Shown here: piece after piece, positions 27,704 through 36,729 of the stretch
Layout of the letters: the number at the start of each line of letters is the position of its first letter
Position numbering within the stretch: position 1 is the stretch's first letter
Assembly: GCA_965229825.1 (NCBI GenBank)
Contig: CBDDJQ010000013.1
Location: 1,293,883-1,357,882 of the forward strand
Length of the DNA stretch: 64,000 bases
Direction of reading: 5' to 3'
From: Vicinamibacterales bacterium
GTDB lineage: Bacteria; Acidobacteriota; Vicinamibacteria; Vicinamibacterales; UBA8438
Program-made: the position numbers and the translations under genes
Notes under the pieces: generated by a model
Databases searched by the model: none
Seen by the model: only the letters and a program-made list of their open reading frames with translations
What the model was told of the DNA's origin: nothing

Positions 27704-28681
27704 CTACTTCGCTGTCCGCTCGTCGGCCCTTGCCCCGGCCAGTATGCCTTCCAGGCCGTAGTTGCCCTCGTGACAGGCGAACTCGTACAGGTCCGCGTCG
27801 AGTCGCTTCATCGTCAGCGATGCCGTCCACGGCCTCGCATACGTGTCGGTGCCGGCGACCGTATAGACGTACTCCAGAGTCTCCGGGCCGGTGCGGGTGA
27901 ACCGCTCGACGACGTGCAGATCGTCGGCCGAGCCCTGATAGCCGGACTTGCCGTTGAAATTGGTCGTCTCGACGACCAGCGTGTCGCCGTCCCAGCGTCC
28001 GCGTGAGTCTCCCATCCACTGCCGGATGGCGTCGGCGATCCTGGGGCGTCCATCCAGGGGAACGATGCGCGCGTCGTGAATGTTCTCGGTCCACACGGCA
28101 ACGTAGCCGGGTGCCTGCAGCAGTCGCAGGTGGTTGTTGTCGCTGCCGCCGGTCATCGGCGGGCCGGCCTTGAAGCTGTGCGCGCAGCGCTCGCCGGGGG
28201 TGCGGTCCTCGGGGCCGTGCGCGGGCCGCCTGAGCAGATCCCAGCGCGCCTCGCGCCGTTGCCGCCCCTCGGGGGTGAACGGAATACGGCCGTCCGTCGG
28301 ATCGACGATCAGCGCGGTGCGCCCCGTGGACCGGCCGCTGTCGTACCAGAACGCGTTGTAGGGTGATGCGTCGAGATGCAGAGCCCGTTGCTCCGGCGTC
28401 GACTCGCCGGGCAGCGGCTGCCGCCGATCGGGGCCCGTCGACGCTTCTTCATCAAGGGCGGCGATTTCCTCTTCCGTCAGGCGTTCCCGCGCGGCGTAAC
28501 GCGCGGGCCGCTCCAGGGCGGTGTAGGCTGCGAACGACCACGCGGCTTGCAGGTCGGGGTCGCCCCAGGCGGTGCGCGACAGCGTCCAGTCCTGCACTGG
28601 CGCCGCCGGCGTCTGGCCGGCCGTGGCGGCCGCGGCCAGCCACAGCATCCCGATCGCCGCGCAGACACCTCGATGCGTCAT
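27704..28681 (-). CDS. hypothetical secreted protein
   Basis: 325 aa with signal peptide MTHRGVCAAIGMLWLAAAATAGQ. Ordinary composition and a well-formed ORF 19 bp downstream of the epoxide hydrolase gene. No family recognised. Confidence 0.65.
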   Translation of the reverse strand: MTHRGVCAAIGMLWLAAAATAGQTPAAPVQDWTLSRTAWGDPDLQAAWSFAAYTALERPARYAARERLTEEEIAALDEEASTGPDRRQPLPGESTPEQRALHLDASPYNAFWYDSGRSTGRTALIVDPTDGRIPFTPEGRQRREARWDLLRRPAHGPEDRTPGERCAHSFKAGPPMTGGSDNNHLRLLQAPGYVAVWTENIHDARIVPLDGRPRIADAIRQWMGDSRGRWDGDTLVVETTNFNGKSGYQGSADDLHVVERFTRTGPETLEYVYTVAGTDTYARPWTASLTMKRLDADLYEFACHEGNYGLEGILAGARADERTAK

Positions 28682-28700
28682 CCGGCACCCCCCGGAAACG

Positions 28701-29978
28701 CTACCGCAGATCCCGAAAGAACGCCCGCAGATCGTCGACTAACAGCGCCGGCTCCTCGCTGGCCGCGAAGTGGCCGCCGCTCGGCATCATCGTGAAGCGG
28801 ACGAGGTTGTAGCGCGCCTCGAGCCACCGCCTCGGCGTGAACCTGAACTCGCCGGGGAACGCCGCGCAGGCTGTCGGCACCTCGATGCGTTCCGGGTCCG
28901 GCGCGCTGCTGCCGTGCCGGCCTTCGTAGTAGTAGCGGGCGGCGGAGGTCGCCGTCTGCGTGGCCCAGTAGATGGTCAGGGTCGTCAGCAGCTCGTCCTT
29001 GCTGAAGCGCGTCTCGGGGTTGCCGTCGCAGTCGCACCAGCTCCGGTACTTCTCGACGATCCACGCGGCCAGCCCGACCGGCGAGTCGTTGAGGCTGTAG
29101 CCGAGGGTCTGCGGCTTGGTGCCGTGCATGTGGCTGTAGCCGCGTTCCTCGTCGGTCCAGAACGCGGCGCGCTCCTCCATCAGCGCGACCTCGGCGGGGG
29201 GCACGCCGGCAGTGGGGTTGTCGGGGTCCGGCGGGCCGGCGGTGCACAGGTTGAGGTGCAGGCCGGCCACGTGCTCGGCGTCGTTGGCGGCCAGCCACCG
29301 GCTGATCCCGGCGCCGAGGTCGCCGCCCTGGGCGCCGTACCGCTCATACCCCAGACGCGCCATGAGCTCGGCGAAGATCGCTCCGGTGCGGTCGCGGCCG
29401 TAGCCCAACTGCCGAGGCCGGTCCGAGAACCCGTAGCCGGGGATGGACGGGACCACGACGTGGAAGGCGTCTTCCGCGCGCCCCCCGTGGGCGACGGGGT
29501 CGGTCAGCGGCCCGATGACCTTGGCGAACTCCGCGAATGTTCCCGGCCAGCCGTGGGTCAGGATCAACGGGAACGCATCGGGCTCGGCCGAGCGGCGGTG
29601 CACGAAGTGGATGTCGAGACCGTCGATGGTGGTCTTGAACTGCTCGAGCCGGTTGAGCCGGCGCTCCTGCGCCCGCCAATCGAACTCGTCGCGCCAGTAG
29701 TCGACGAGCTGCCGCAGGTAGGCTTGGTTCATCCCGAGCTGCCACCCGATGTCCTCCGGCTCGTCGGGCATGCGGGCGCGCGCGAGCCGCTCACGCAGGT
29801 CCGCCAGCACGCTGTCGGGCACGTCGATGGTGAACGGTTCGATGACGGGGTCGGCCGCGGGCTGGTTCCCGGCCCCGGGCGCCACCACACCAGCCGGCGG
29901 ACCCGAGGTGTTTCCGTGGACAGCGGCGCCCAATGGCAGCGCCAGCGCGACGGACAGGGCAGCGAATGCTCGCCTCAT
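28701..29978 (-). CDS. epoxide hydrolase (microsomal-type, EHN N-terminal domain plus alpha/beta hydrolase fold), secreted
   Basis: 425 aa. IEPFTIDVPDSVLADLRERLARARMPDE, LRQLVDYWRDEFDWRAQERRLN, IDGLDIHFVHRRS and LILTHGWPGTFAEF are classic for this family. Nucleophile region QGGDLGAGI. Confidence 0.85.
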   Translation of the reverse strand: MRRAFAALSVALALPLGAAVHGNTSGPPAGVVAPGAGNQPAADPVIEPFTIDVPDSVLADLRERLARARMPDEPEDIGWQLGMNQAYLRQLVDYWRDEFDWRAQERRLNRLEQFKTTIDGLDIHFVHRRSAEPDAFPLILTHGWPGTFAEFAKVIGPLTDPVAHGGRAEDAFHVVVPSIPGYGFSDRPRQLGYGRDRTGAIFAELMARLGYERYGAQGGDLGAGISRWLAANDAEHVAGLHLNLCTAGPPDPDNPTAGVPPAEVALMEERAAFWTDEERGYSHMHGTKPQTLGYSLNDSPVGLAAWIVEKYRSWCDCDGNPETRFSKDELLTTLTIYWATQTATSAARYYYEGRHGSSAPDPERIEVPTACAAFPGEFRFTPRRWLEARYNLVRFTMMPSGGHFAASEEPALLVDDLRAFFRDLR

Positions 29979-30326
29979 GGGTGATGCTCCCTTTGGCAGT
30001 GCGAGAGCCGAGCGGGGATTGCCCCTCGCGGCGTCGCCAGTCTGGTCGAGCCCGGATTGTACTATCCGTCCCGTGGCCGGTGTCGCCCCGGATCTGGGCG
30101 GGGTTTCCCGCGAGTTCGGACGGTATCGCGCAGACCGCCGATCCTTCGTGGTTTCGTGTCGGAGCGTTCGTGTCCGACATTCACGAACGGAATGGGCCGG
30201 TGCTCCCGGGGTTCGGGCGTCATACGGAGGTCGGCCTGGGCGTTGAGGGCGCTGCCGGCGCCACGGCTGGGTACGACGCCCGTCGACCGCGCAGCCGATC
30301 GGGAGTTGGGTGCGAGCCAGGGGATA

Positions 30327-30398
30327 TAGCAGCCCGTGGCGAAACCCCGCGTTGCATCGAGACCGGCGAGGCGCCCGCCTGACAAGGCGTGACGAGGG
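30327..30398 (+). repeat. 72-bp REP-like intergenic element, copy A
   Basis: Matches the reverse complement of 33345-33416 at 64 of 72 positions without gaps (hand alignment). Contains the recurring CCGTGGCGAAACCCCGCG hairpin-like motif. Confidence 0.6.
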
Positions 30399-30563
30399 GG
30401 CATATGGGGCATATGTGACCGAGGAACAACGCAGTCAGGCGGGATGCATCGCCGGTCGAATGCGGCGGGGACTTTCGCCACGGGCTGATAGGCGAAGGGC
30501 TGGCCTGAATGGGGCTGCGCCGATATAGTTGCGATGCGCCGTTCCGGCGCGCGAGGAGGGGAG

Positions 30564-31487
30564 ATGAGACGCAGCAGGTACCTGGGCATTCTCACGGTGG
30601 CCGGCGTGGTCCTGACGGGGGCGACGTATCAGGCCCAGCAGGAGCGGGCGAGCCTCGAGGTGCAGGAGATCACCGACAACCTCTACGTGCTGGCGAACGC
30701 GTCGTCGGTTCAGGGAATGGGCGGCGGGGGGAATACCGCGATCTTCATCGCCGCCGACGGCGTCGCGCTCGTCGATACGAAGATCAACGGCTACGGGGAG
30801 GACATCATCGCCCACGTGCGCGAGCTGACCGACAAGCCGATCACGACCGTCATCAACACCCACACCCACTTCGACCACAGCGGCGGCAACATCGAGCTCC
30901 CCGACACCGTGAACTTCGTGGTGCACGAGAACACGCTGGCGCAGATGTCGCGCGAGACCTGCGAACCCGTGACCAACTGCGACGCCTTCAAGGGCGAGAA
31001 CGCGAAATACCTTCCGAAGACCGCCTACTCCGAGCGCATGTCGCTCTTCAACGGCGCGGATCGGATCGACCTCTATCACTTCGGCCGCGGCCACACCGAC
31101 GGCGACACGTTCGTGGTCTTCCGGGACGCGCGCACCATGCACACCGGCGACATGTTCCAGCGCAAGGGGCTGCCGTTCATCGACGTCGCGAACGGCAACG
31201 GCAGCGCCACCGAGTTCGGCGAGACGCTGAAGAAGGCGGTCGCCGGGATCTCGGGCATCGACACCGTGATTCCGGGACACAACCCCACCCCGGTGACCTG
31301 GAGCGAGTTCGTCGACTTCAGCGGGTTCTACAACGACGTCGTGAGCAAGGCGCAGCACGGACAGGCGGCCGGGCTGTCGGTGGACGACGTGGTCGGCGCG
31401 TACAGCGTGCCGGGCCAGTACAGCGACTTCCAGGCACCGGAGGGAAGCCTGCGGACGACCGTGCAGCACATCTACGACGGAAACTGA
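30564..31487 (+). CDS. MBL-fold metallo-hydrolase, secreted
   Basis: 307 aa from MRRSRYLGILTVAGVVLTGATYQAQQ, preceded by GGAGGGGAG. HTHFDHSGGN (HxHxDH) and GHTDGDTFVVF. Paralogue of 486-1385. Confidence 0.85.
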   Translation: MRRSRYLGILTVAGVVLTGATYQAQQERASLEVQEITDNLYVLANASSVQGMGGGGNTAIFIAADGVALVDTKINGYGEDIIAHVRELTDKPITTVINTHTHFDHSGGNIELPDTVNFVVHENTLAQMSRETCEPVTNCDAFKGENAKYLPKTAYSERMSLFNGADRIDLYHFGRGHTDGDTFVVFRDARTMHTGDMFQRKGLPFIDVANGNGSATEFGETLKKAVAGISGIDTVIPGHNPTPVTWSEFVDFSGFYNDVVSKAQHGQAAGLSVDDVVGAYSVPGQYSDFQAPEGSLRTTVQHIYDGN

Positions 31488-31501
31488 GGGGAGGCGGGGC
31501 C

Positions 31502-32923
31502 ATGACGTTCGCGAGAGAGCGTTTTGGCGCCGTGGCCGGGGTGGTGCTGCTGGCCGCCTCGGTCGTGGGCGCCCAGACGAGCGATGATCCGTTCGCGGCA
31601 CCCATTGCCGCGAACGACGGCGTCATCCGGGTCGGCGCCGTCGAGTTCGCCTCGCTGCCGGACGTCGATGGCGAGACGGCCCGCATGATGCGGCTCGTCG
31701 ACGAGCCCGGCACCGGCCGGCTGTTCGTCAACGACATGCGCGGCCTCGTCTACACCGTCAGCTACGACGGCGGGACCGTCACGCGCTATCTCGACCTCAC
31801 CGCCCCGCGCTGGGCGCTCGACGTCGAGGCGTCCGGCCGCGAGCGCGGTTTCCAGAGCTTCGCCCTCCACCCGCAGTTCGGCGAGGCCGGCGCCCCGGGT
31901 TACGGCAAGCTCTACGCCTACACCGATTCGAGCAACACGGCGCCGCCGGCCGACTTCGTGCCCGGCGGCGGCAACGACGCCCACGACACGATCCTGCTCG
32001 AGTGGACGGCCGTGGCCCCCGCCTCCCGGGTCTACGACGGCGGCCCGCCGCGCGAGCTGCTGCGCGTCGAACAGCCGTTCGGCAACCACAACGGCGGCCA
32101 ACTCGGCTTCAACCCCCTCGCGGCCGCGGGCGACCCCGACTTCGGCCTCCTCTACGTCGGGTCGGCGGACGGCGGGAGCGGCGGCGATCCGCTCGACCTC
32201 TCGCAGAACCTCGGCTCGATCTTCGGCAAGGTCCTGCGCATCGATCCCCTCGGCTCGAACAGCGCGAACGGTCGCTACGGCATCCCCGCGGACAACCCGT
32301 TCGACGGCGACGGCGACGACGCCACGCTGGGCGAGATCTACTCCTACGGGGTGCGGAACCCGCAGCGCTTCGCCTGGGACGCGCGGAACGGCAACCTGTT
32401 CCTGGCCGACATCGGACAGAACATCGTCGAGGAGATCAGCCCGGTGTGGTCAGGCGCCAACCTCGGGTGGAACGACTGGGAGGGGAGCTTCCGGTTCATC
32501 AGCCGCCGCGAGGTCAGTCTCGTCGACCCGCGTGGCGAGGCCGGCCTCAGCTATCCCGTCGCCGAGTTCGGACAGGTCGACCCGTTGTTGCAACGGAGCT
32601 CGCACGCGACCGGACTCGTCGTCTACCGCGACGACGCGATACCCCAGCTCGAGAACCTCGTGCTCTTCGGCGACGGTCCCAGCGGCGAGGTCTTCTACGT
32701 CGACGCCGACGAGCTGCCCGAGGGCGGCCAGGACTCGATTCGCCGGGTGCTGTTCGAGCACGAGGGCGAGATCCGCACGTTTCTGCAGTTGATTCAAGAG
32801 AAGAACATCGCGCAGGGACGGACACCGGCCAGACGCGCGGACCTGCGTTTCGGAACCGGTCCCGGCGGTCAGGTTTTCCTCCTCAACAAGCACGACGGGG
32901 CGATCCGCCGGCTCGTTCCGTAG
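31502..32923 (+). CDS. PQQ-dependent sugar dehydrogenase (glucose/sorbosone dehydrogenase family), secreted
   Basis: 473 aa. Signal MTFARERFGAVAGVVLLAASVVGAQ. HNGGQLGFNP, YSYGVRNPQRFAWD and EEISPVWSGANLGWNDWEG motifs. Confidence 0.85.
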   Translation: MTFARERFGAVAGVVLLAASVVGAQTSDDPFAAPIAANDGVIRVGAVEFASLPDVDGETARMMRLVDEPGTGRLFVNDMRGLVYTVSYDGGTVTRYLDLTAPRWALDVEASGRERGFQSFALHPQFGEAGAPGYGKLYAYTDSSNTAPPADFVPGGGNDAHDTILLEWTAVAPASRVYDGGPPRELLRVEQPFGNHNGGQLGFNPLAAAGDPDFGLLYVGSADGGSGGDPLDLSQNLGSIFGKVLRIDPLGSNSANGRYGIPADNPFDGDGDDATLGEIYSYGVRNPQRFAWDARNGNLFLADIGQNIVEEISPVWSGANLGWNDWEGSFRFISRREVSLVDPRGEAGLSYPVAEFGQVDPLLQRSSHATGLVVYRDDAIPQLENLVLFGDGPSGEVFYVDADELPEGGQDSIRRVLFEHEGEIRTFLQLIQEKNIAQGRTPARRADLRFGTGPGGQVFLLNKHDGAIRRLVP

Positions 32924-32976
32924 CACCTCCTTTGAGATCGCGTCTCATTCTCAGGCGTGCTATGATACGGCCCACC

Positions 32977-33228
32977 ATGGAGACGGCGGAACGCGACGGG
33001 GTCGTCTGCGCCTGCCTGCAGGTCACCGAGCGCCAACTGCGCGCGGCGGTTGAACAGACCGGCATCCAAACCGTCAGAGAGCTGATACGCGCGACGGGGG
33101 CCGGCGCAGGCTGCACAGCCTGCCACCGCCGGCTCGAGTGCTGTCTGACCAGTTGGTCGACCCAGCCGCCCCCGCCCTCAGGCCTGTCCGAGCCGTCTCG
33201 CGTTCCCGAAACCTGCGTAACCGGCTAG
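32977..33228 (+). CDS. bfd: bacterioferritin-associated ferredoxin-like (2Fe-2S)-binding protein
   Basis: METAERDGVVCACLQVTERQLRAAVEQTGIQTVRELIRATGAGAGCTACHRRL carries the C-x-C ... C-x-x-C BFD pattern. Alternative ATG at 32962. Confidence 0.75.
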   Translation: METAERDGVVCACLQVTERQLRAAVEQTGIQTVRELIRATGAGAGCTACHRRLECCLTSWSTQPPPPSGLSEPSRVPETCVTG

Positions 33229-33344
33229 TGCTGCGCCATGACTAAACGTTCGGGTTACGGTGCTGTGATTCGTCAACGATTGCACGCTGTAAACTCAAGT
33301 CCGTGTCCGAAAATTATGGCGTGACGCTCCACTAGCCTGATCCG

Positions 33345-33416
33345 CCCTCCTCACGCCTTGTCAGGCGGGCGCCTCGTCGCTCTCGGTGCAACGCAGGGTC
33401 GCACCACGGGCTGCTA
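33345..33416 (-). repeat. 72-bp REP-like intergenic element, copy B (inverted relative to copy A)
   Basis: Reverse complement matches 30327-30398 at 64 of 72 positions. Lies in the 297-bp gap between the convergent bfd and bfr genes. Confidence 0.6.
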
Positions 33417-33525
33417 AAGACAGTGATGAATATAAGGTTGCCAACTGGACCCAGGCGCAGCCCGTTTTCTACGGATTCGCGCGCTTGGGGCACGCGGCAA
33501 GGTAATTTCCGTCAGCGTCCCAACC

Positions 33526-34005
33526 CTAACCGTCGTGCCCTCCCATCTGCTCGGTCAGGTAGTTCTGGATGCCGACCTTCTCGATCCGGAACAGTTGGGT
33601 CTCGGCCCAGTCGACGTGCTCTTCCGACTCGCTGAGAATCGGCTCGAGAATCTCCCGGGTTCCGTTGTCCCCGAGCTGCGTGCACAGGGCGATGGCCTGG
33701 TTGTAGTGCTCGACGCCTTTCAGCTCCAGTTGCAGGTCGTTTTCGAGCTGTTCCTTGATGTCGGTGCCGACCCGGATGACGTCGTACCGTGCGATCTCCG
33801 GGGTTCCCTCGAGGAACAGGATGCGATCGATGAGCTGCTCGGCATGTTTCATCTCGCCGACCGACTCCTCGTAGTGCTTCTTCGCGAGGTGGTGGAATCC
33901 CCAGTTGGCGCACATCTTCGCCTGGCAGAAGTACTGGTTTATCGCGGTCAATTCAATGGTGAGCGCACGGTTCAGCGCGTCGATCACCTGGGGCTGTCCC
34001 TGCAT
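33526..34005 (-). CDS. bfr: bacterioferritin
   Basis: 159 aa. MQGQPQVIDALNRALTIELTAINQYFCQAKMCANWGF...HYEESVGEMKHAEQLIDRILFLEG is the canonical Bfr sequence, including the heme-ligand Met region and the ferroxidase Glu/His residues. Confidence 0.95.
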   Translation of the reverse strand: MQGQPQVIDALNRALTIELTAINQYFCQAKMCANWGFHHLAKKHYEESVGEMKHAEQLIDRILFLEGTPEIARYDVIRVGTDIKEQLENDLQLELKGVEHYNQAIALCTQLGDNGTREILEPILSESEEHVDWAETQLFRIEKVGIQNYLTEQMGGHDG

Positions 34006-34158
34006 GGCTGCCTCCGTTCCGTGACGTGCGGCGGCTCCCGCATCCCGCTGTTGCAGGGTACGCGCCGCATCGGTACGGCGCTCGTCGCCGCACCATACTT
34101 CATCTTACTCGCGTTCCGCTGGGGAGCCCGCGCGAGACCGCCGGGTCCTGGCGTGGCG

Positions 34159-36696
34159 CTACAGGCTGAACCGCACCTCGCCGACCACCGTGCGCCGCAG
34201 GATGTCGCCGAAGATGTGCTGCTGGATGCTCTGGTTGAAGAGGTTCGTCACCTTCAACAACGTGGTGATGGCGCCGCTGTTCCACTTGACGCCGAAGCTG
34301 CCGTTCACCATGGTGTAGCCGTTCGTGTAGCCGTGAAACTCCGATGTGAGGACGTCGGACCAGAACGCCGCGGTAGCCATGCTCACGGACGCGTTCCCGA
34401 GAAACCGCGTTCCGTTCACGGACGCGCCGACGTTTACCCGATGGGTCGGAGGCAGGGTGAGCTCCGTCGGCAGGTACGGGTTATCCGAGTCCAGGATCTC
34501 CGGCTCGCCCTGCCACGAGTAGTTGAACCAGGCGGACCCGGACCGCGAGATCCGCTGGTCCACCCACAACTCGGCGCCCACCTGCTGCGTCGGCCCCAGG
34601 TTGACGTAGGTGAACGCCGTCCGCGGCAGGACCACCCCGGCCGCCGCCATGAACGACAGGGCCTGCGGCGGGAGCACCCAGCCCGGCGGCGGGTTCTCCG
34701 CCGTATAGGGGTCGGCGCTAAAGGGCAACGGCACGAAACTGATCGGGTTGTCGCGCCGATTGAGGTAGATTGCGGCCCCGGCGGTCGTTCTCCCGAACGT
34801 CCCGGTGTAGCTCAGCTCGTACGCCGTCAGGGACTCTTCCGTGAGGCCGCTCCGCGCCATCGTGCCGACCGGCAGATCACTGCCGGCCACGCGGACCACC
34901 AGCGGAAACGGCTGGGCGGTGGTCTGATCGAGTTGCTGTTCGATCTGCTGCAGCGCCCCCTGGGCCACCGCCGGCGGCAGGCCGGGCGGCAGCAGCGCCG
35001 GCAGCAGCGGCCTGAAGGCGGCCAGCGCACTCAGGTCGACGGGCTGAACGATGCTCATGTCCAGGAAGTTGTTGATGGTCGACGGCGACCGGAACGCCCG
35101 GTTGTAGGAAACCGTCACGGAGTGGTCGGCGCTGGGCTTGACCATGAACGCCAAGCGCGGGGAGAAGACCGGCTCGGGCAGATTGCCGAACTTGTCGACC
35201 CGTCCGCCGAGGATCAGGCGGAAGTGGTCGAAGAAGATCTCGTCCTGCAGGTAGGCGCCAACCTCGAGACGGTCCTCCGACATCGGGGCGATGGAGATGT
35301 CGAAGGTGTTCCGGCGCACGTTGCCGCCGTAGGTCAGAAGATTCCGTTCCCCGACGAACGTGGAGTTGCCGATCTCGGCGTCGAACGTCTTCGACTTGAA
35401 CCCGAGCAGCACCGGCTGGCCGGGGTTGGTCGGGTCCGGCAGCAGCAGGTTCGGCGCATTGCCGTCGAGGACGTTCGAGAACACCTGGAACCGGAAGTCG
35501 CCTCGCGTATAGCCCAGCTTGGCGTAACCGAGGTAGGACCCCTGCTGGATGTCGAACGGGCCGACCCCGCTGTGCACGAGCCCCTGGGTGCCGGCGACGC
35601 CGCCGGAGTACGAGAGCCGGCCGTCGTTGGACAGCTCCTGGTCCACCCGCACGTCGAACTTGGGCTGGCTGGTGCCCCGGTTCCTGAACGCCGCGCCGAA
35701 CGGACCGGCCCCGTCGAGGGGATACGGGGCGCCGCCCACCATGCCTCCCGGCAGCCGCGGATCGGAGATCACCGGCACCCGGCCGGTCGGGCGTGGAAAC
35801 GCATCCGACCGGAAGTACCCGGCGCTCACGCGGTACGACAACCGGTCGGTCGGTGCCCGGGTGATCGTCGCGTTCGTGCCGAACGTCGTCCCGGCGCCCT
35901 GTCCGACGGTCGAGCCGGCCTCCCGATCGATCCAGCCGCCGCTCATCGACACCGTCGTCCCGACCGATTCGCGAGGCGGCTTGGTGATGATGTTGACGGC
36001 GCCGGTCATCGCGTTCGCGCCCCAGGTGGCCGATGCCGGCCCTCGGACCACCTCGATCTGCTCGATGTCCGCGGAATTGGCGGGGACGAGATCCCAGAGG
36101 ACCAGCCCGAAGAAGTCGAGGTACACGCTGCGTCCGTCCACGAGGACGAGTTGCGAGTTCGCCACCGGACCGGTGGACTGCCGGCTGGTCACATTGACGT
36201 CGCGTGCCGAGAGCTGGATGACGTTGACGCCCGGCACCGAGCGGAGGACGTCGCCAATGTTGGAGCTGGCCGTGGTTTCCAGCGTGCTGGCCGGGATGAC
36301 CGAGGTGGTGACCGGCGCATCGATGACCCGGACCTCGGTGCGCGAAGCGGTGACGACCACGGTGTCGCCGAAGCTCGCGATGGCCAGCGCGACGGGTGGC
36401 GCTTCGACGAGCGCGTCCGCGACGGCGATCCCTTCCAGGGTCGCGTCCGAGAAGCCGGACAGCGCCGCGGTCACGGAATAGGTGCCGGCGGACACGGCCG
36501 GGAACGTGTACTCCCCGCTACCGTCGGACTGCGTGACGCGCGCCCTCTCCGGACCGCTCAGGGTGACCGTCGCGCCCGGCAGCACAGCCCCGGTCTCGTC
36601 GGTGACGCGGCCCGCAATCCCTCCGTCCTGCCCCGCGGCCAAGGTCGGCGACAATGCCAACAGAAGCAGGATGAGTGCGCCCTTCTTGTGAGTCAC
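34159..36696 (-). CDS. TonB-dependent receptor with CarboxypepD_reg-like N-terminal domain
   Basis: GTG start preceded by CTGGAGG gives the signal VTHKKGALILLLLALSPTLAAGQ. GRVTDETGAVLPGATVTL...GEYTFPAVSAGTYSV (CarboxypepD_reg). Plug region DVLRSVPGVNV, GPASATWGANAMTGAVNIITK. Beta-barrel through to ...VGEVRFSL. ATG 36729 is an alternative start. Confidence 0.85.
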   Translation of the reverse strand: MTHKKGALILLLLALSPTLAAGQDGGIAGRVTDETGAVLPGATVTLSGPERARVTQSDGSGEYTFPAVSAGTYSVTAALSGFSDATLEGIAVADALVEAPPVALAIASFGDTVVVTASRTEVRVIDAPVTTSVIPASTLETTASSNIGDVLRSVPGVNVIQLSARDVNVTSRQSTGPVANSQLVLVDGRSVYLDFFGLVLWDLVPANSADIEQIEVVRGPASATWGANAMTGAVNIITKPPRESVGTTVSMSGGWIDREAGSTVGQGAGTTFGTNATITRAPTDRLSYRVSAGYFRSDAFPRPTGRVPVISDPRLPGGMVGGAPYPLDGAGPFGAAFRNRGTSQPKFDVRVDQELSNDGRLSYSGGVAGTQGLVHSGVGPFDIQQGSYLGYAKLGYTRGDFRFQVFSNVLDGNAPNLLLPDPTNPGQPVLLGFKSKTFDAEIGNSTFVGERNLLTYGGNVRRNTFDISIAPMSEDRLEVGAYLQDEIFFDHFRLILGGRVDKFGNLPEPVFSPRLAFMVKPSADHSVTVSYNRAFRSPSTINNFLDMSIVQPVDLSALAAFRPLLPALLPPGLPPAVAQGALQQIEQQLDQTTAQPFPLVVRVAGSDLPVGTMARSGLTEESLTAYELSYTGTFGRTTAGAAIYLNRRDNPISFVPLPFSADPYTAENPPPGWVLPPQALSFMAAAGVVLPRTAFTYVNLGPTQQVGAELWVDQRISRSGSAWFNYSWQGEPEILDSDNPYLPTELTLPPTHRVNVGASVNGTRFLGNASVSMATAAFWSDVLTSEFHGYTNGYTMVNGSFGVKWNSGAITTLLKVTNLFNQSIQQHIFGDILRRTVVGEVRFSL

Positions 36697-36729
36697 GCTT
36701 GCCTCCAGGGTTTCGAGAACCGTGTCCAT

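Noticed and set aside
32933-32953. Fur box upstream of bfd as an annotated regulatory feature
   Set aside because: There are only 5-bp inverted arms and a loose resemblance to Fur half-sites. Without a phylum-specific matrix or conservation data it is not strong enough to annotate, so it is kept only as a low-interest note.
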